A DNA stretch of 64,000 bases from an uncultured Alphaproteobacteria bacterium (GCA_963806675.1 CAWDYF010000002.1:1043920-1107919); one strand, 5' to 3'. Shown: positions 36,853 to 46,859, counted from the stretch's first letter. Notes: generated by a model not told the origin, from the sequence alone. A program made the numbers and translations.

Positions 36853-38744
36853 GCGGTCTCTCGGCTCGGCGACGGCTTTGATGAGGATACGCGTCAGCCG
36901 CGCCGCGAAGCGCGCGGCATCGGCGGGCTTTTCGCCGTCCATGAGTCGCGCCTCGTCGAAGATGAGCCAGATGATGTCATTGAGCGCTTCCTTGTCGGCC
37001 TGCCCGACCTGAGCGGCAAGCGCGGCAATCAGCGGATGCTTGGGATTGATCTCGAGCACCGGTTTCGAGACGCTCTTCAATTGGCCATGCTCGGCCAGCA
37101 TGCGCTCGAGACGCCGATCGAGGCCGTAGTCCGGCGGCAATCAGGCAGGCCGGACTTTCCGCCAGGCGATCGGAGGCCCGCACGTCAGAAGCAACCTCTT
37201 CGAGCTCCTGTTTCATCAGGGCAAAGAGCGTTGCGAGCGCCGCCGAGGGCGGCTCGGCGGCCGCGGTTTCGCCGCCCTCCTTGAGCGGGATCGATGTGAT
37301 GTCGGCGGCGCCCTGCGACACCGACTTGAACGGCTTGCCGTCATAGCCAACGGCGGACGAAACCCAGAAGGCGTCGATCGGATCGGGCAGAAGCAAAACT
37401 TCGATGCCGCGGGCGCGAAAACCTTCGAGCTGCGGACTGGCATCGAGCCGCTTGATATCGTCGCCGTTGAGATAATAGATGGCGGTCTGATTGGGCCGCA
37501 GCGAAGCTACATAATCGGCGAGCGTGCGCTTGCCATCGAGATCGGTTGTCGTGGCAAAGCGCGCGAGCTTGAACAAGGCGTCGCGCCGTTCGGGGTCTTC
37601 GTAAAGCCCTTCCTTCAGGACGGCGCCGAAGTTCGCCCAGATCTTTGCGTAGGTCTCGGCGTCGCTCTCGGCGAGCTTGGTCAGCTCCTGAACGAGGCGA
37701 TTGGCGACACCCTTCTTGATCGCGGCGAAGACCGCGCTTTGCTGGATCAGCTCGCGCGAGACGTTGAGCGGCAGATCGGCGGAATCGACGACGAGCCGCA
37801 CGAACCTGCAGCCAGCTCGGCAGGATTTCGGCGTCTTCGGCGATCAGTACATGCCGAACATAGAGCTTGCCGCGGCCCTTGCGCGCCGAATCGAAAAGAT
37901 CGAACGGGCGCGAACCCGGCACGAAGGCGAGAACCGTATATTCGTGGCGGCCTTCGGCGCGCCAATGCAGGGTGAGCGCCGGCTCATCGAACTGGCCGCA
38001 GAGGCTGCGATAGAATTCGGCGTAGTCTTCCGCGCTGACCGCGCTTTTCGGCTTCGTCCACAGCGCCGCGCCGTCGGTCAGGCGGCGTGGCTCCTTGCCC
38101 AGCGCTTCGACCAGGGCGATCGGCACCGCGATTGCGCTCGAATGTTCACGCAGGATCTGCTCGACCCGCGCCGGCTCGAGATATTCGGATGCCTCGCCTT
38201 TCAGACGAAGGATGACGCGGGTGCCGCGCGCCGGCGCGGCTTCGAGAGCCAGCGGCGCGATCGAAAATGTCCCTTTCCCGTCGGAACTCCAAAGATGCGC
38301 CTCGTCCGCCCCCGCCCGTCTCGTCTCGACGTCGATGCGCTCGGCGACCATGAAGGCCGAATAGAAGCCGATGCCGAATTGCCCGATCAGGTCCTTGCCG
38401 ATCGCCGCATCGTCCTGAGCCCCCACCCTGTCGAGAAAAGCGCGCGTGCCGGAACGGGCGATCGTGCCCAGCGACTGGGTGAGATCCGCCTCCGACATGC
38501 CGATCCCGTTGTCGGCGACCGTCAGCGTCCGGGCGGGTTTATCGAGACTGACGGTGATGAGAAAGCCAGGATCGCCGGCAATGAGCGACGGATCGGCGAG
38601 TGCTTCATAGCGCAGTTTCTCGCAGGCATCGGCGCCATTCGAGACAAGCTCACGAAGAAAAATATCACGTTCCGAATAGACCGAGTGGACCATCAAATCG
38701 AGGAGCCGGGCCACGTCGGCTTGAAAAGCATGGCTCGCTGCCAT
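36849..38744 (-). CDS. htpG: Chaperone HtpG (Hsp90), frameshifted at about 37806 and 37135; the 3' end reads into prmC
   Basis: FLRELVSNGADA, DNGIGM, IGQFGIGFYSAF, VVDSADLPLNVSRE and LEINPKHP are spread over three ORFs. GGAGG SD. The stop is inferred as an ATGA overlap with prmC. Confidence 0.93.
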
Positions 38745-38819
38745 CCCGATGACCTCCCATCGCTGACAATTGCTGGAATTCGCGAAGCGCCACGTCTGAA
38801 ATACCGCGCGGCGTCCGAC

Positions 38820-38848
38820 ATATCGCTGCGCGCCGAAGCGAATTCAAG
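38820..38848 (-). promoter_or_regulatory. Putative RpoH-type promoter of htpG
   Basis: Minus strand CTTG(AA)...AGCGATAT with the same CTTG-N17 spacing seen at hrcA. Confidence 0.4.
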
Positions 38849-38932
38849 CCCGGAGACCGCGCATCGCCGCGGCAGTCGCCGGATCAGCTCAGGGGATGGC
38901 CGTGCCGTCACGCAGCAGTTGACGCGGAGCCG

Positions 38933-38970
38933 AAAAAAGAGCCGGTTGAAGCAAGGCTTCAAACCGGCTC
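38933..38970 (-). terminator. Strong Rho-independent terminator (minus strand)
   Basis: GAGCCGGTT-TGAAGC-CTT-GCTTC-AACCGGCTC followed by TTTTTT on the minus strand. Confidence 0.8.
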
Positions 38971-39130
38971 TATCGTCGCCTGCATCTCAGTTTGACGGGG
39001 CGCTGGCCCCTGACCCCACGGGGGGCTGGGGGGCTGACGAGTCCGACAGGATCAGTGCCAAGCCCAAGGGCGACGCTTACAATCTTCATGCTGTTTCGCG
39101 GCGCACGCTAGGCCCCAAAAGGGCAAAACT
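38933..39130 (-). ncRNA. Candidate structured sRNA or small-ORF transcript ending at the 38933 terminator
   Basis: No recognisable gene feeds the terminator. There are several hairpins and a closing helix (GTCGCC at 38975-38980 pairs with GGCGAC at 39068-39073). A 39-codon ORF spans 39089-38970. Confidence 0.35.
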
Positions 39131-39333
39131 GTGAATTCGACAGTCCGTCCACATCAACGTTCATTCGCGCGAAATGCAAGTTTCCCCAGCAGCTTGGATC
39201 AATGGACCGTGGATTTTCCCCGGATTTCATCACAAAAAAATGCGACGCCGAGCGGCTTCCCAAGCGGGGCGGCCTCGATTGAAAAGCTTGCCCCCTCCCC
39301 CGGTTTCCGCAATCATGACAAGGGGAGGAGCGG

Positions 39334-39741
39334 ATGGATTTGGAGGCGACGGAAGAAAATCGGAGCGCGGCGAGCGTCGTTTCGCTCGTCGCAGGTCGAG
39401 GCTTTAGGCCGGCTTGGCCAAATCGTCCCACAACCGGCGCCTTTCTCGTATCGTTCGACCGGCAGGAGTTGCGCGACATCCTCGATCTTTACGGGCGCAA
39501 GGTCGCGGACGGGGAATGGCGCGATTATGCGATCGCCGCGAGCGGACAAAAGGCGGTGTTTTCGATCTATCGCCGCGCCGCCGAATTTCCCCTCTATCGC
39601 ATCGAGAAGATCCCGAAGGGCGCGCGCAAACAGGGCGCCTATTGCGTGGTCGCGGCAAGCGGCCTTGTCCTGCGGCGCGGCAACGATCTGAAGCGCGTGA
39701 TCAACGTGCTCGACAAGAAGCTGAAGATCGTCTCCGGCTGA
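39334..39741 (+). CDS. DUF2794-family protein
   Basis: FDRQELRDILDLYGRKVADGEWRDYAI...AVFSIYRRAAEFPLYRIEK; GGAG SD. Confidence 0.85.
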   Translation: MDLEATEENRSAASVVSLVAGRGFRPAWPNRPTTGAFLVSFDRQELRDILDLYGRKVADGEWRDYAIAASGQKAVFSIYRRAAEFPLYRIEKIPKGARKQGAYCVVAASGLVLRRGNDLKRVINVLDKKLKIVSG

Positions 39742-39760
39742 GGCGGAGACCGCGTATGCG

Positions 39761-39788
39761 AAAAGCCCCGCTCGTCGCGGGGCTTTTT
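39761..39788. terminator. Bidirectional intrinsic terminator
   Basis: AAAAGCCCCGC-TCGTC-GCGGGGCTTTTT between convergent genes. Confidence 0.85.
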
Positions 39789-39807
39789 ATTTGCGATGTC
39801 GCGAGCT

Positions 39808-40593
39808 CTAGTCGTTGCGCGAGCCGGTGAGCTGCAGGATCGCGGTAAAGATATTGACGAAGTCGAGATAGAGCCGCAGTGCTCCATTGACCGATTTCTT
39901 GGTCGCCGTCTCATAGTCGTCCGAGGCGAAATACATTTCCTTGATCGCCTGCGTGTCCCAGGCGGTGAGGCCGGAGAAGATCAGCACCGACAGGATGCAG
40001 AGGCCGAACTGGAAGGCGGAGCTGTGGACGAAGAGGTTGACGACGCTCGCAATGATGAGGCCGAAGAGGCCCATGATCAGGAAAGATCCCATCGCCGAGA
40101 GCGAACGCGGCGTCGTATAGCCATAGAGGCTGAGCGCGCCGAAAGCGCCGGCCGTGATGAAGAAGGCGCGAGCGATCGATTGGCCGGTATAGACCAGCAC
40201 CAGCGTTGAGAGCGACAGGCCCATGGCCGCCGAAAACACGAAGAACAGAGCGCGCGCCGTCGCCGCGGCCATCCGGTTGAGGCCGAACGACATGAAGAGC
40301 ACGAAGACAAGCGGAGCGAAGATCACGAGCCAGCGCAGCGGGCTCACATAAATCGCTTGACCAAACGAGGTAAGATAGGTGTGGCCAAACTGCGCAACGG
40401 CCAAGGAAGCATCGGTCGTCGTCGCGAGCATTTTGGCGCCGTAGGCAACAAGACCGGTGAGGCCGAGGCCGATCACCATGTTGTTGTAGACGCCGAGCAT
40501 GTAGGAGCGAAGGCCCTGGTCGATCTCGGCAGCCCGACCGGGTTGGGCGACGCCCTGCCCCCAGCGGCCCGCATTGGGGTCGAAGTTGGACAT
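39808..40593 (-). CDS. Bax inhibitor-1/YccA family membrane protein
   Basis: IDQGLRSYMLGVYNNM, LTAWDTQAIK, GALRLYLDFVNIF. Start at ATG 40593. Confidence 0.93.
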   Translation of the reverse strand: MSNFDPNAGRWGQGVAQPGRAAEIDQGLRSYMLGVYNNMVIGLGLTGLVAYGAKMLATTTDASLAVAQFGHTYLTSFGQAIYVSPLRWLVIFAPLVFVLFMSFGLNRMAAATARALFFVFSAAMGLSLSTLVLVYTGQSIARAFFITAGAFGALSLYGYTTPRSLSAMGSFLIMGLFGLIIASVVNLFVHSSAFQFGLCILSVLIFSGLTAWDTQAIKEMYFASDDYETATKKSVNGALRLYLDFVNIFTAILQLTGSRND

Positions 40594-40730
40594 TGGTTCC
40601 TCTTGAGGTTCGGGAGGCTTGATCGCCTCCGGTCGGCCGCGTCTTTCGACGCAGACGAAAGATTGCCCATAATATGGCCTTGGCCATGAGCGGCACAAGG
40701 GTCGATGGCGTCGCTCCGGCTCCGGCAAAC

Positions 40731-43286
40731 CTATAAATTTCGTAAGTATTGCGCCGGCTTCTGGCCGAGGGCGCGCCAGGTTCCGAGCAGCCCCAGGAGA
40801 ACCGCCGCGGCGAAAGCGCCGGCCGCCGCGCCCAAGGCCTGCGGCCAGAGCCAAACGAAGTCGAGCTTCATCACCGAGCGGACGACGGCAACGGCCGCGG
40901 CACCGCCGGCGAGCACCCCGAAGACCGCCGCCGCCAGGCCGACGAGAGCGAGCTCGCAAAGCAAGGCGGCGAGCAGCCGCCGCCGCGTGGCGCCCAGAGT
41001 TTTGAGGATCACCACGTCATAGCGGCGCGCCCGCTGGGCCGCCGCGAGCGCGCCGCCGAGAACAAGAATTGCCGCGACAAGGGCGATGCTCGCGGCGCCG
41101 CGCATGGCGAAGGCGAGCTTGTCGACGATATCCTTGACTGCATCGAGCGCATCCTTGACCCGGAGACTGACCACATTCGGAAACGCCTTTGCCACATCGC
41201 GCACGAGCGCCGGATTGCCCTGGCCGCCGTGGGCGAAGGTGAGCGTGACGAGATCGCTGTAGGGCGCGCCGACAAAGCTGTTCGGCGAATAGACGAGCAC
41301 GAAATTGATGCCGAGGTCACGCCAGTCCACTTTGCGCAGATTTGCGATTCGCGTCCGCATGTTGCGGCCGAGCACATTCACCGTGATGTCGTCGCCTGGC
41401 TTGAGGCCGAGCCCTTCGGCGACCTCCGACTCCAGCGAGACGAGCGGCGGTCCGGAATAATCGGCAGGCCACCAGGTGCCGGCCGCCAGCGTCGATCCGG
41501 GCGGCATCGTTTCGGAAAAACTGATGCCGCGATCGCCGTCGAGCGCCCAGGCGACATTGTCATTGGCTTTCACCGTTGCGACGGGACGTCCCTTGATCTC
41601 GACGAAGCGGCCGCGCAGCATGGGTACGAGTTCGAGCTTTCCGCCCGGCGCATGATCGCTGAGGAACTTGCGAAAATCTTGCGCGTCGGAACGCGCGATT
41701 CCGAGAAAGAAATAGCTCGGTGTCTCTTTCGACCGCGACTGGTCGAGCGCGAGATGAAGATTGCCATCGATCAAGGCCAACGCGACGATGAGCGTGAGCC
41801 CGAGGCCAAGCGACAGGACGATCGAGGGCGTGAGCGCGCCGGGGCGGTAAAGATTGCCGACGGCAAGCCGCAGTTCGACGCGGCGCGGATGCGGGAATTT
41901 GCGCGCCGCAGCCATGATGAGCGCCGCCGCGGCGCGCAGCACGATGAAGCCGCCGATCGCGGCAGCGAGATAGATCAGCGCCAATCGCCGATCGGCCGCG
42001 AGAACCACCACGCTCAGGCCAAGCCCTATGGCAGAAGCCAGCAGCATGAGCAGATAGCGGCGCCGCGGCCAAATTGAAGCCGGCGCGACCTCATCGCGGA
42101 ACAGGGCCGAGACCGGCGCGTCATGTGCGTGCCCAAGCGGGAGGAGCGAGAAGGCAAGCGTGGTCAAAATGCCATAGAGGAGACCGGCGGCGATCTCGCG
42201 CGGAAAGATCGACGGCGCCAGCGGAAATGGAAGCAGTGAGCCGAACGCCGCCTTGAGGCCGAAGGGAAGCGTGACGCCGAAGGCGACGCCTGCCGCCATG
42301 GCGATTGCGGCCATGGCCGAAACTTCGGCCAGCATCATGCTGAATACGAAGCCGCCCGGCGCGCCGAGCGCCTTCAATGTCGCAATCGTCTCCCGCTTTC
42401 GTTCGACAAAGCCATGAACCGCATTGGCCACGCCGACCCCGCCGATCAGGAGCGAGCTCAAGCCGACGAGAGTCAGGAATTGAGTGAATCGGTCGAGGTC
42501 GCGGGTGAATTGCGGCGAGACATTCTTCCAACTTCGGATTTCGAATCCGGCGGAGGGAAAAGCGGCGCGCACGGCGGCGGCGGCGGAGTCGACCTCGACG
42601 CCGCGCGGGAGCGACAGGCGATAGACCCATTTGACGAGGGAGCCCGGCTGCAGCAGGCCGGTTGCGCGAAGTCCTGCCTCCGACATCAGGACGCGGGGGC
42701 CAAAACCAATTGCGCCGGCGAGCTTATCGGGTTCGGAGGTGAGAATTGCGCGTAGCGCGAATGTCTGGCCGCCGATCTTGAATTCTTCGCCCTGGCGAAG
42801 TTCGAGCCGGGCCAAGAGCGCCGGATCGGCGGCAATTCCATAGACTCCGTCATGCTCGACGAGCACGTCTTTGAGATCCTGCACCGGCGCGAGCCCGACC
42901 GCGCCATTCACAGGATAGGCGGCATCGACTGCTTTGATCTCGACGAGCGCCGCCTGGCCGTCGGGCCGCCGCGCCATGGCGCGCATCAGCGCGATCTCCG
43001 AAAGGCGCCCCCGCGCGAAAAGGAAGCTTTTCTCCTTCGCACTCGCCTCGCGCTGCACGAGTTCGAAGGAAAGGTCGCCGCCGAGAATGATGCGGCCTTG
43101 TTGCATGAGGCCTTCGGCAAGCGAGCGCGATAGCGAACCAACGCCAGTGATCGCCGCAAGCCCGAGCGCCAGACAGGCGAGAAAAATCCAAAACCCCGAG
43201 AAACCGCCGCGGAAATCGCGCAGCGCCAGGCGCAAGGCGAGGGATGAATCCCTCGCGCGAAGGCTCGTTCCAGAAGCAAAGCTCAT
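40731..43286 (-). CDS. FtsX-like ABC transporter permease (YbbP-like)
   Basis: LALRLALRDFRGG, IATLKALGA, VILKTLGATR; duplicated FtsX-type domains. Confidence 0.9.
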   Translation of the reverse strand: MSFASGTSLRARDSSLALRLALRDFRGGFSGFWIFLACLALGLAAITGVGSLSRSLAEGLMQQGRIILGGDLSFELVQREASAKEKSFLFARGRLSEIALMRAMARRPDGQAALVEIKAVDAAYPVNGAVGLAPVQDLKDVLVEHDGVYGIAADPALLARLELRQGEEFKIGGQTFALRAILTSEPDKLAGAIGFGPRVLMSEAGLRATGLLQPGSLVKWVYRLSLPRGVEVDSAAAAVRAAFPSAGFEIRSWKNVSPQFTRDLDRFTQFLTLVGLSSLLIGGVGVANAVHGFVERKRETIATLKALGAPGGFVFSMMLAEVSAMAAIAMAAGVAFGVTLPFGLKAAFGSLLPFPLAPSIFPREIAAGLLYGILTTLAFSLLPLGHAHDAPVSALFRDEVAPASIWPRRRYLLMLLASAIGLGLSVVVLAADRRLALIYLAAAIGGFIVLRAAAALIMAAARKFPHPRRVELRLAVGNLYRPGALTPSIVLSLGLGLTLIVALALIDGNLHLALDQSRSKETPSYFFLGIARSDAQDFRKFLSDHAPGGKLELVPMLRGRFVEIKGRPVATVKANDNVAWALDGDRGISFSETMPPGSTLAAGTWWPADYSGPPLVSLESEVAEGLGLKPGDDITVNVLGRNMRTRIANLRKVDWRDLGINFVLVYSPNSFVGAPYSDLVTLTFAHGGQGNPALVRDVAKAFPNVVSLRVKDALDAVKDIVDKLAFAMRGAASIALVAAILVLGGALAAAQRARRYDVVILKTLGATRRRLLAALLCELALVGLAAAVFGVLAGGAAAVAVVRSVMKLDFVWLWPQALGAAAGAFAAAVLLGLLGTWRALGQKPAQYLRNL

Positions 43287-44014
43287 GGAACAGCCTTTCG
43301 GCGCACGCTTGCCGACAGAATCTCGCCGGCGCCCGGCCGATCTGCCGTTTCGATCCGCCCGGATCTCAATCCGATCACCCAGTCGCATTTGGCGGCCAGC
43401 GCGGTATCGTGAGTGACAAGCACGAGCGTCGTGCCGCGCGCGCGTTTCAACGCGAAGATGAGATCGATGACGCCAGCCCCCGTTTCCGCGTCGAGATTGC
43501 CGGTCGGTTCGTCAGCGAGGAGGATCGCGGGATTGGGCGCCAGAGCGCGGGCGAGCGCCACTCTTTGCTGCTCGCCGCCGGAAAGCTCAGCCGGATAATG
43601 GCGCTGCCGGTCTTCGAGACCGACGGCCGCAAGTTCCGCCATAGCGCGCGCGAAGGCTTCTGCAATTCCGGCGAGTTCCAGCGGAATGGCTACGTTTTCC
43701 AGCGCCGTCATGGTGGGGATCAAATGAAAAGACTGGAACACGACGCCAATTCGGGCGCCGCGAAACCGTGTGAGCGCGTCTTCGCCGAGCTGCGTGAGGT
43801 CGGTGCCGTCGATCTCGATACGTCCCGAGTTCGGCCTCTCCAAGCCGGCGATTGCCATCAATAGCGTTGATTTGCCGGAGCCCGACGGGCCCGTGAGACC
43901 GATCGCCGCGCCGCGCTTTATTGTCAGCGAAATCTGCTTCAAGATATGTACGCGCGCCGCGCCGCGGCCGAGGCTCAGATCGACATCCTTCAATATGATG
44001 GCCGCTTCATCCAT
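43283..44014 (-). CDS. ABC transporter ATP-binding protein (YbbA-like)
   Basis: GPSGSGKST, LSGGEQQRVALARAL, ADEPTGNLD, VTHD. 4-nt overlap with the permease. Confidence 0.94.
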   Translation of the reverse strand: MDEAAIILKDVDLSLGRGAARVHILKQISLTIKRGAAIGLTGPSGSGKSTLLMAIAGLERPNSGRIEIDGTDLTQLGEDALTRFRGARIGVVFQSFHLIPTMTALENVAIPLELAGIAEAFARAMAELAAVGLEDRQRHYPAELSGGEQQRVALARALAPNPAILLADEPTGNLDAETGAGVIDLIFALKRARGTTLVLVTHDTALAAKCDWVIGLRSGRIETADRPGAGEILSASVRRKAVP

Positions 44015-44075
44015 GATCTCGTCCATGTTCGGCCGTCGGCGGGACGGGCGCGATCGCGGCCTCGCCGAGGCCGGG

Positions 44076-44735
44076 ATGCGGCGCGCGGCAAACCGTGCGG
44101 TCAAGAGCTGTGTCGCACTTGCGCTTTCGATTCCGGCGCTTTTCGGGCTTGCTGAACATGTCGCCGCGCGAACGCTCAGACTCGTCGCCTTCGGCGACAG
44201 CCTCACCGCCGGCTATGATCTGCCGCAAGCGGCCGCCTTCCCGGTCGTGCTGCAACAGGCCTTGCGGCGCGACGGCTATGACGTGAGCGTGGTCAATGCC
44301 GGGGTTTCCGGCGATACCGCCGCTGACGGATGGGCGCGGCTCGAGTGGAGCGTTCAAAACGGAGCCGACGGGGTCATTCTGGAACTCGGCGCAAACGACA
44401 TGTTGCGCGGCCTCGACCCGGGCCATACCCGAGCCGTCCTCGATCGGATCATCGCCGCGCTCGAGGCGCGCCATATCAAGGTGCTCATCGCCGGAATGCT
44501 GGCGACGCCGAGCCTCGGGGCCGAGTATCAAAGGGCGTTCGACAGGATCTTCCCGGAGCTGGCGGCGCAACATCGGACGCCGCTCTACCCGTTCTTCCTG
44601 CAAGGCGTCTCCGGCCATCCCGACCTCACGCTGGCCGACGGGCTGCATCCGAACGCGGCGGGCGTCAAGACGATCGTCGCGGGAATTCTGCCTTCGGTCG
44701 AAGCCTTCGTTGCAACAATACCGCGCGGAGGTTGA
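44076..44735 (+). CDS. tesA: Arylesterase / acyl-CoA thioesterase I (SGNH hydrolase)
   Basis: FGDSLTAGY, NAGVSGDT, ELGANDMLRG, DGLHPN. Divergent from the ybbA-like gene, as in ybbAP-tesA. Confidence 0.9.
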   Translation: MRRAANRAVKSCVALALSIPALFGLAEHVAARTLRLVAFGDSLTAGYDLPQAAAFPVVLQQALRRDGYDVSVVNAGVSGDTAADGWARLEWSVQNGADGVILELGANDMLRGLDPGHTRAVLDRIIAALEARHIKVLIAGMLATPSLGAEYQRAFDRIFPELAAQHRTPLYPFFLQGVSGHPDLTLADGLHPNAAGVKTIVAGILPSVEAFVATIPRGG

Positions 44736-44861
44736 ATCTTGCGCGTCGATCTTTCTCGAAAATCCAATTCGGTTCAAGATATCCGGGAAAATTCGATTCG
44801 CTCAATCTGTCCGCTTCGCCTTCGGCGTCCTCGACTGCTGCGATCGACTTAAGGAGGGTAT

Positions 44862-45425
44862 ATGCCCCGTCTGTTCACGGGCCTCGAGATTCCCTCCGAT
44901 CTCGCGCTCGATCTCTCGACGTTGCGCGGCGGCCTTTCCGGCGCGCGCTGGATCGACACGGAAAACTATCACCTCACCTTGCGTTTCATCGGCGACATCG
45001 ACGATGCGGCCGCGCGCGACGTCTCGGCGGCGCTCGAACAAATTCGCCGCCCGCCCTTTACGGTAACGCTCGATGGGCTGAGTTCCTTCGGCGGCGATCG
45101 GCCGCGCGCCATCATCGCCAAGGCCAAACCCTCAGCGCCGCTGGTCGAGCTGCAGGCGGAGCAGGAAAGGTTGATGCGCCGTATCGGCATCCCGCCGGAG
45201 CCGCGCAAATTCACCCCGCATGTCACGCTGGCAAGGCTGCGCGATGCCTCCCCCGCGGCAGTCGCCGCCTATTTGACGGCGCGCGGTTTCTTTTTCTCGC
45301 GTCGGTTCGAAGCCACCCGCTTCGTTCTGTACTCGTCGCGCGCTTCGACCGGCGGCGGCCCCTATGTGGTCGAAGCAGCCTATCCGCTTGGATCCGGGAG
45401 AGTTGCGAATGCCTTGACGAGATGA
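44862..45425 (+). CDS. thpR: RNA 2',3'-cyclic phosphodiesterase (2H family)
   Basis: MPRLFTG, two HxT motifs (YHLTLRFIG, PHVTLAR); GGAGG SD. Confidence 0.93.
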   Translation: MPRLFTGLEIPSDLALDLSTLRGGLSGARWIDTENYHLTLRFIGDIDDAAARDVSAALEQIRRPPFTVTLDGLSSFGGDRPRAIIAKAKPSAPLVELQAEQERLMRRIGIPPEPRKFTPHVTLARLRDASPAAVAAYLTARGFFFSRRFEATRFVLYSSRASTGGGPYVVEAAYPLGSGRVANALTR

Positions 45426-45498
45426 GCCGCCGCCAGGGACATCTGGCTTATAACGAACGGCGTATTATCTCTAACTCGGAGTAACCAGAGGCGGCAAC

Positions 45499-45741
45499 AT
45501 GAGTGCCGGGCGTAAAACACCTTCGGATATCGCGCACCGTCTCGGCGAGCGGGCGAAACGTGCGCCAAGCGCCTGGCGGCGCGAAACCTTTACCTTGCCG
45601 CGCATCGAGGCGCGCGACAAAGCGCGCGAATGGTTCGCCAGGTTTCCGAAGGCCGCCTATATGACCGAGATCGAGTTCTGGCGCGAAACGGACGACGGCC
45701 GGATCGAATTTACGATCCGCCGGCTGCCGAGCGCGGATTGA
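45499..45741 (+). CDS. Small conserved hypothetical protein (80 aa)
   Basis: RETFTLPR..AR.KAREWF.RFPKAAYMTEIE.W....GRIEFTIRRLPSAD; GAGG SD. Confidence 0.75.
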   Translation: MSAGRKTPSDIAHRLGERAKRAPSAWRRETFTLPRIEARDKAREWFARFPKAAYMTEIEFWRETDDGRIEFTIRRLPSAD

Positions 45742-45751
45742 GGCGATCGGG

Positions 45752-46519
45752 TCAGGTTTTGGCTCCGCCTGCCGCCACGATATCCGGCGTCTTCCAGGCA
45801 AGATGCTGGCCCGCGTCGACAGCGATCATTTGTCCGGTCACGCTGCGCGCCTCGGCGAGATAGAGGACGGCGTCGGCGATCTCGCCCTCGCTCACGGCGT
45901 GTTTCAGGGGAACGCCGGCGACCTCCGCCGCAAATCCGCCGGTGCCTTGCGGCTCGTTCGGCAGCACCGGTCCCGGGCCCACCGCATTGACCCTTATGCC
46001 GCGCGGCGCAAAGGCTTGCGCCATGGTTTGCGTCGCCCACCAAAGCGCGGCCTTGCTCAAACTATAGGAGAAGAATTGCGGCGTCGGCCGCCAAACCCGC
46101 TGATCGATGATATTGACGATTGCCGCCTCGCACCCTTCCGGCACCTGGCGGACGAATGCCTGCGCGAGCAACAAGGGCGCGCGCAGATTGATCGCGAAAT
46201 GCCTGTCCCAAAGATCGAGATCAATGGCTAGCGCACTGTCTTCTTCGAAGATCGAGGCATTGTTGACGAGCAGATCGAGCGGCCCCAGGGCTTTTGCCGA
46301 GGCCTGCACAATGCGCGCGGGCGCGGCGGGATCGACGAGATCGGCGGCGACGAGGAAGGTCTCGACCCCGCTCTTTGCGAAGCGGGCAGCTGCCTCTTCC
46401 GCCTCGTCGTAGGAGGTCTCGCTGCAGTGAAGCGCGAGACTATATCCCATCGTTGCGAGCCTTTCGGCGATCCTGAGGCCAATCCGTCTCGCCGCGCCGG
46501 TCACCAAGGCCACTGCCAT
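45752..46519 (-). CDS. SDR oxidoreductase (pteridine reductase/FolM-like)
   Basis: LVTGAARRIG, LVNNASIF, YSLSK, RVNAVGPG, VTGQMIAVDAG. Confidence 0.9.
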   Translation of the reverse strand: MAVALVTGAARRIGLRIAERLATMGYSLALHCSETSYDEAEEAAARFAKSGVETFLVAADLVDPAAPARIVQASAKALGPLDLLVNNASIFEEDSALAIDLDLWDRHFAINLRAPLLLAQAFVRQVPEGCEAAIVNIIDQRVWRPTPQFFSYSLSKAALWWATQTMAQAFAPRGIRVNAVGPGPVLPNEPQGTGGFAAEVAGVPLKHAVSEGEIADAVLYLAEARSVTGQMIAVDAGQHLAWKTPDIVAAGGAKT

Positions 46520-46630
46520 GCCGCACTCCGCCCTGTTCGGCCGAAGCCTTGAGCTTTAAGCAATTTCGCCGGCGAGAAAAGCCGCTTGCGGCCCGTCGAG
46601 GAGCGAGCCGAAGGAGCTCATGAAGCGACG

Positions 46631-46805
46631 TTCAGATTATGTTAACCATGAAGTATTCTCAAGACGCGCGCAAGTTAATTGCGACGAACTTCGCTTCATA
46701 AACAATTAATCATACAATATTTATTGTACTATATGCTCGCGCCTAGGCTAACGCACGCCAAGAGGCCCCAGGCTTTACGGTTATTTTATTTAATCCATAA
46801 GTAAC
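46631..46805. promoter_or_regulatory. AT-rich omp upstream region with three CtrA-like boxes and a 16-bp palindrome
   Basis: TTCA-N7-TTAAC at 46631-46646, TTCA-N7-TTAA at 46695-46709, TTAA-N7-GTAAC at 46790-46805, and TACAATA-TT-TATTGTA at 46713-46728. Confidence 0.45.
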
Positions 46806-46859
46806 CCGGTAACATTAAGCTTCCTCGTCGGGTGATCCAACAAGCGACGAGGTATTCCG

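Noticed and set aside
39033-39056. Hammerhead-like CTGACGAGTCCGACAGGAT
   Set aside because: The GAAA core after stem II is missing (CAGT instead). GGACGAAAC at about 16362-16370 conversely lacks an upstream CTGANGA.
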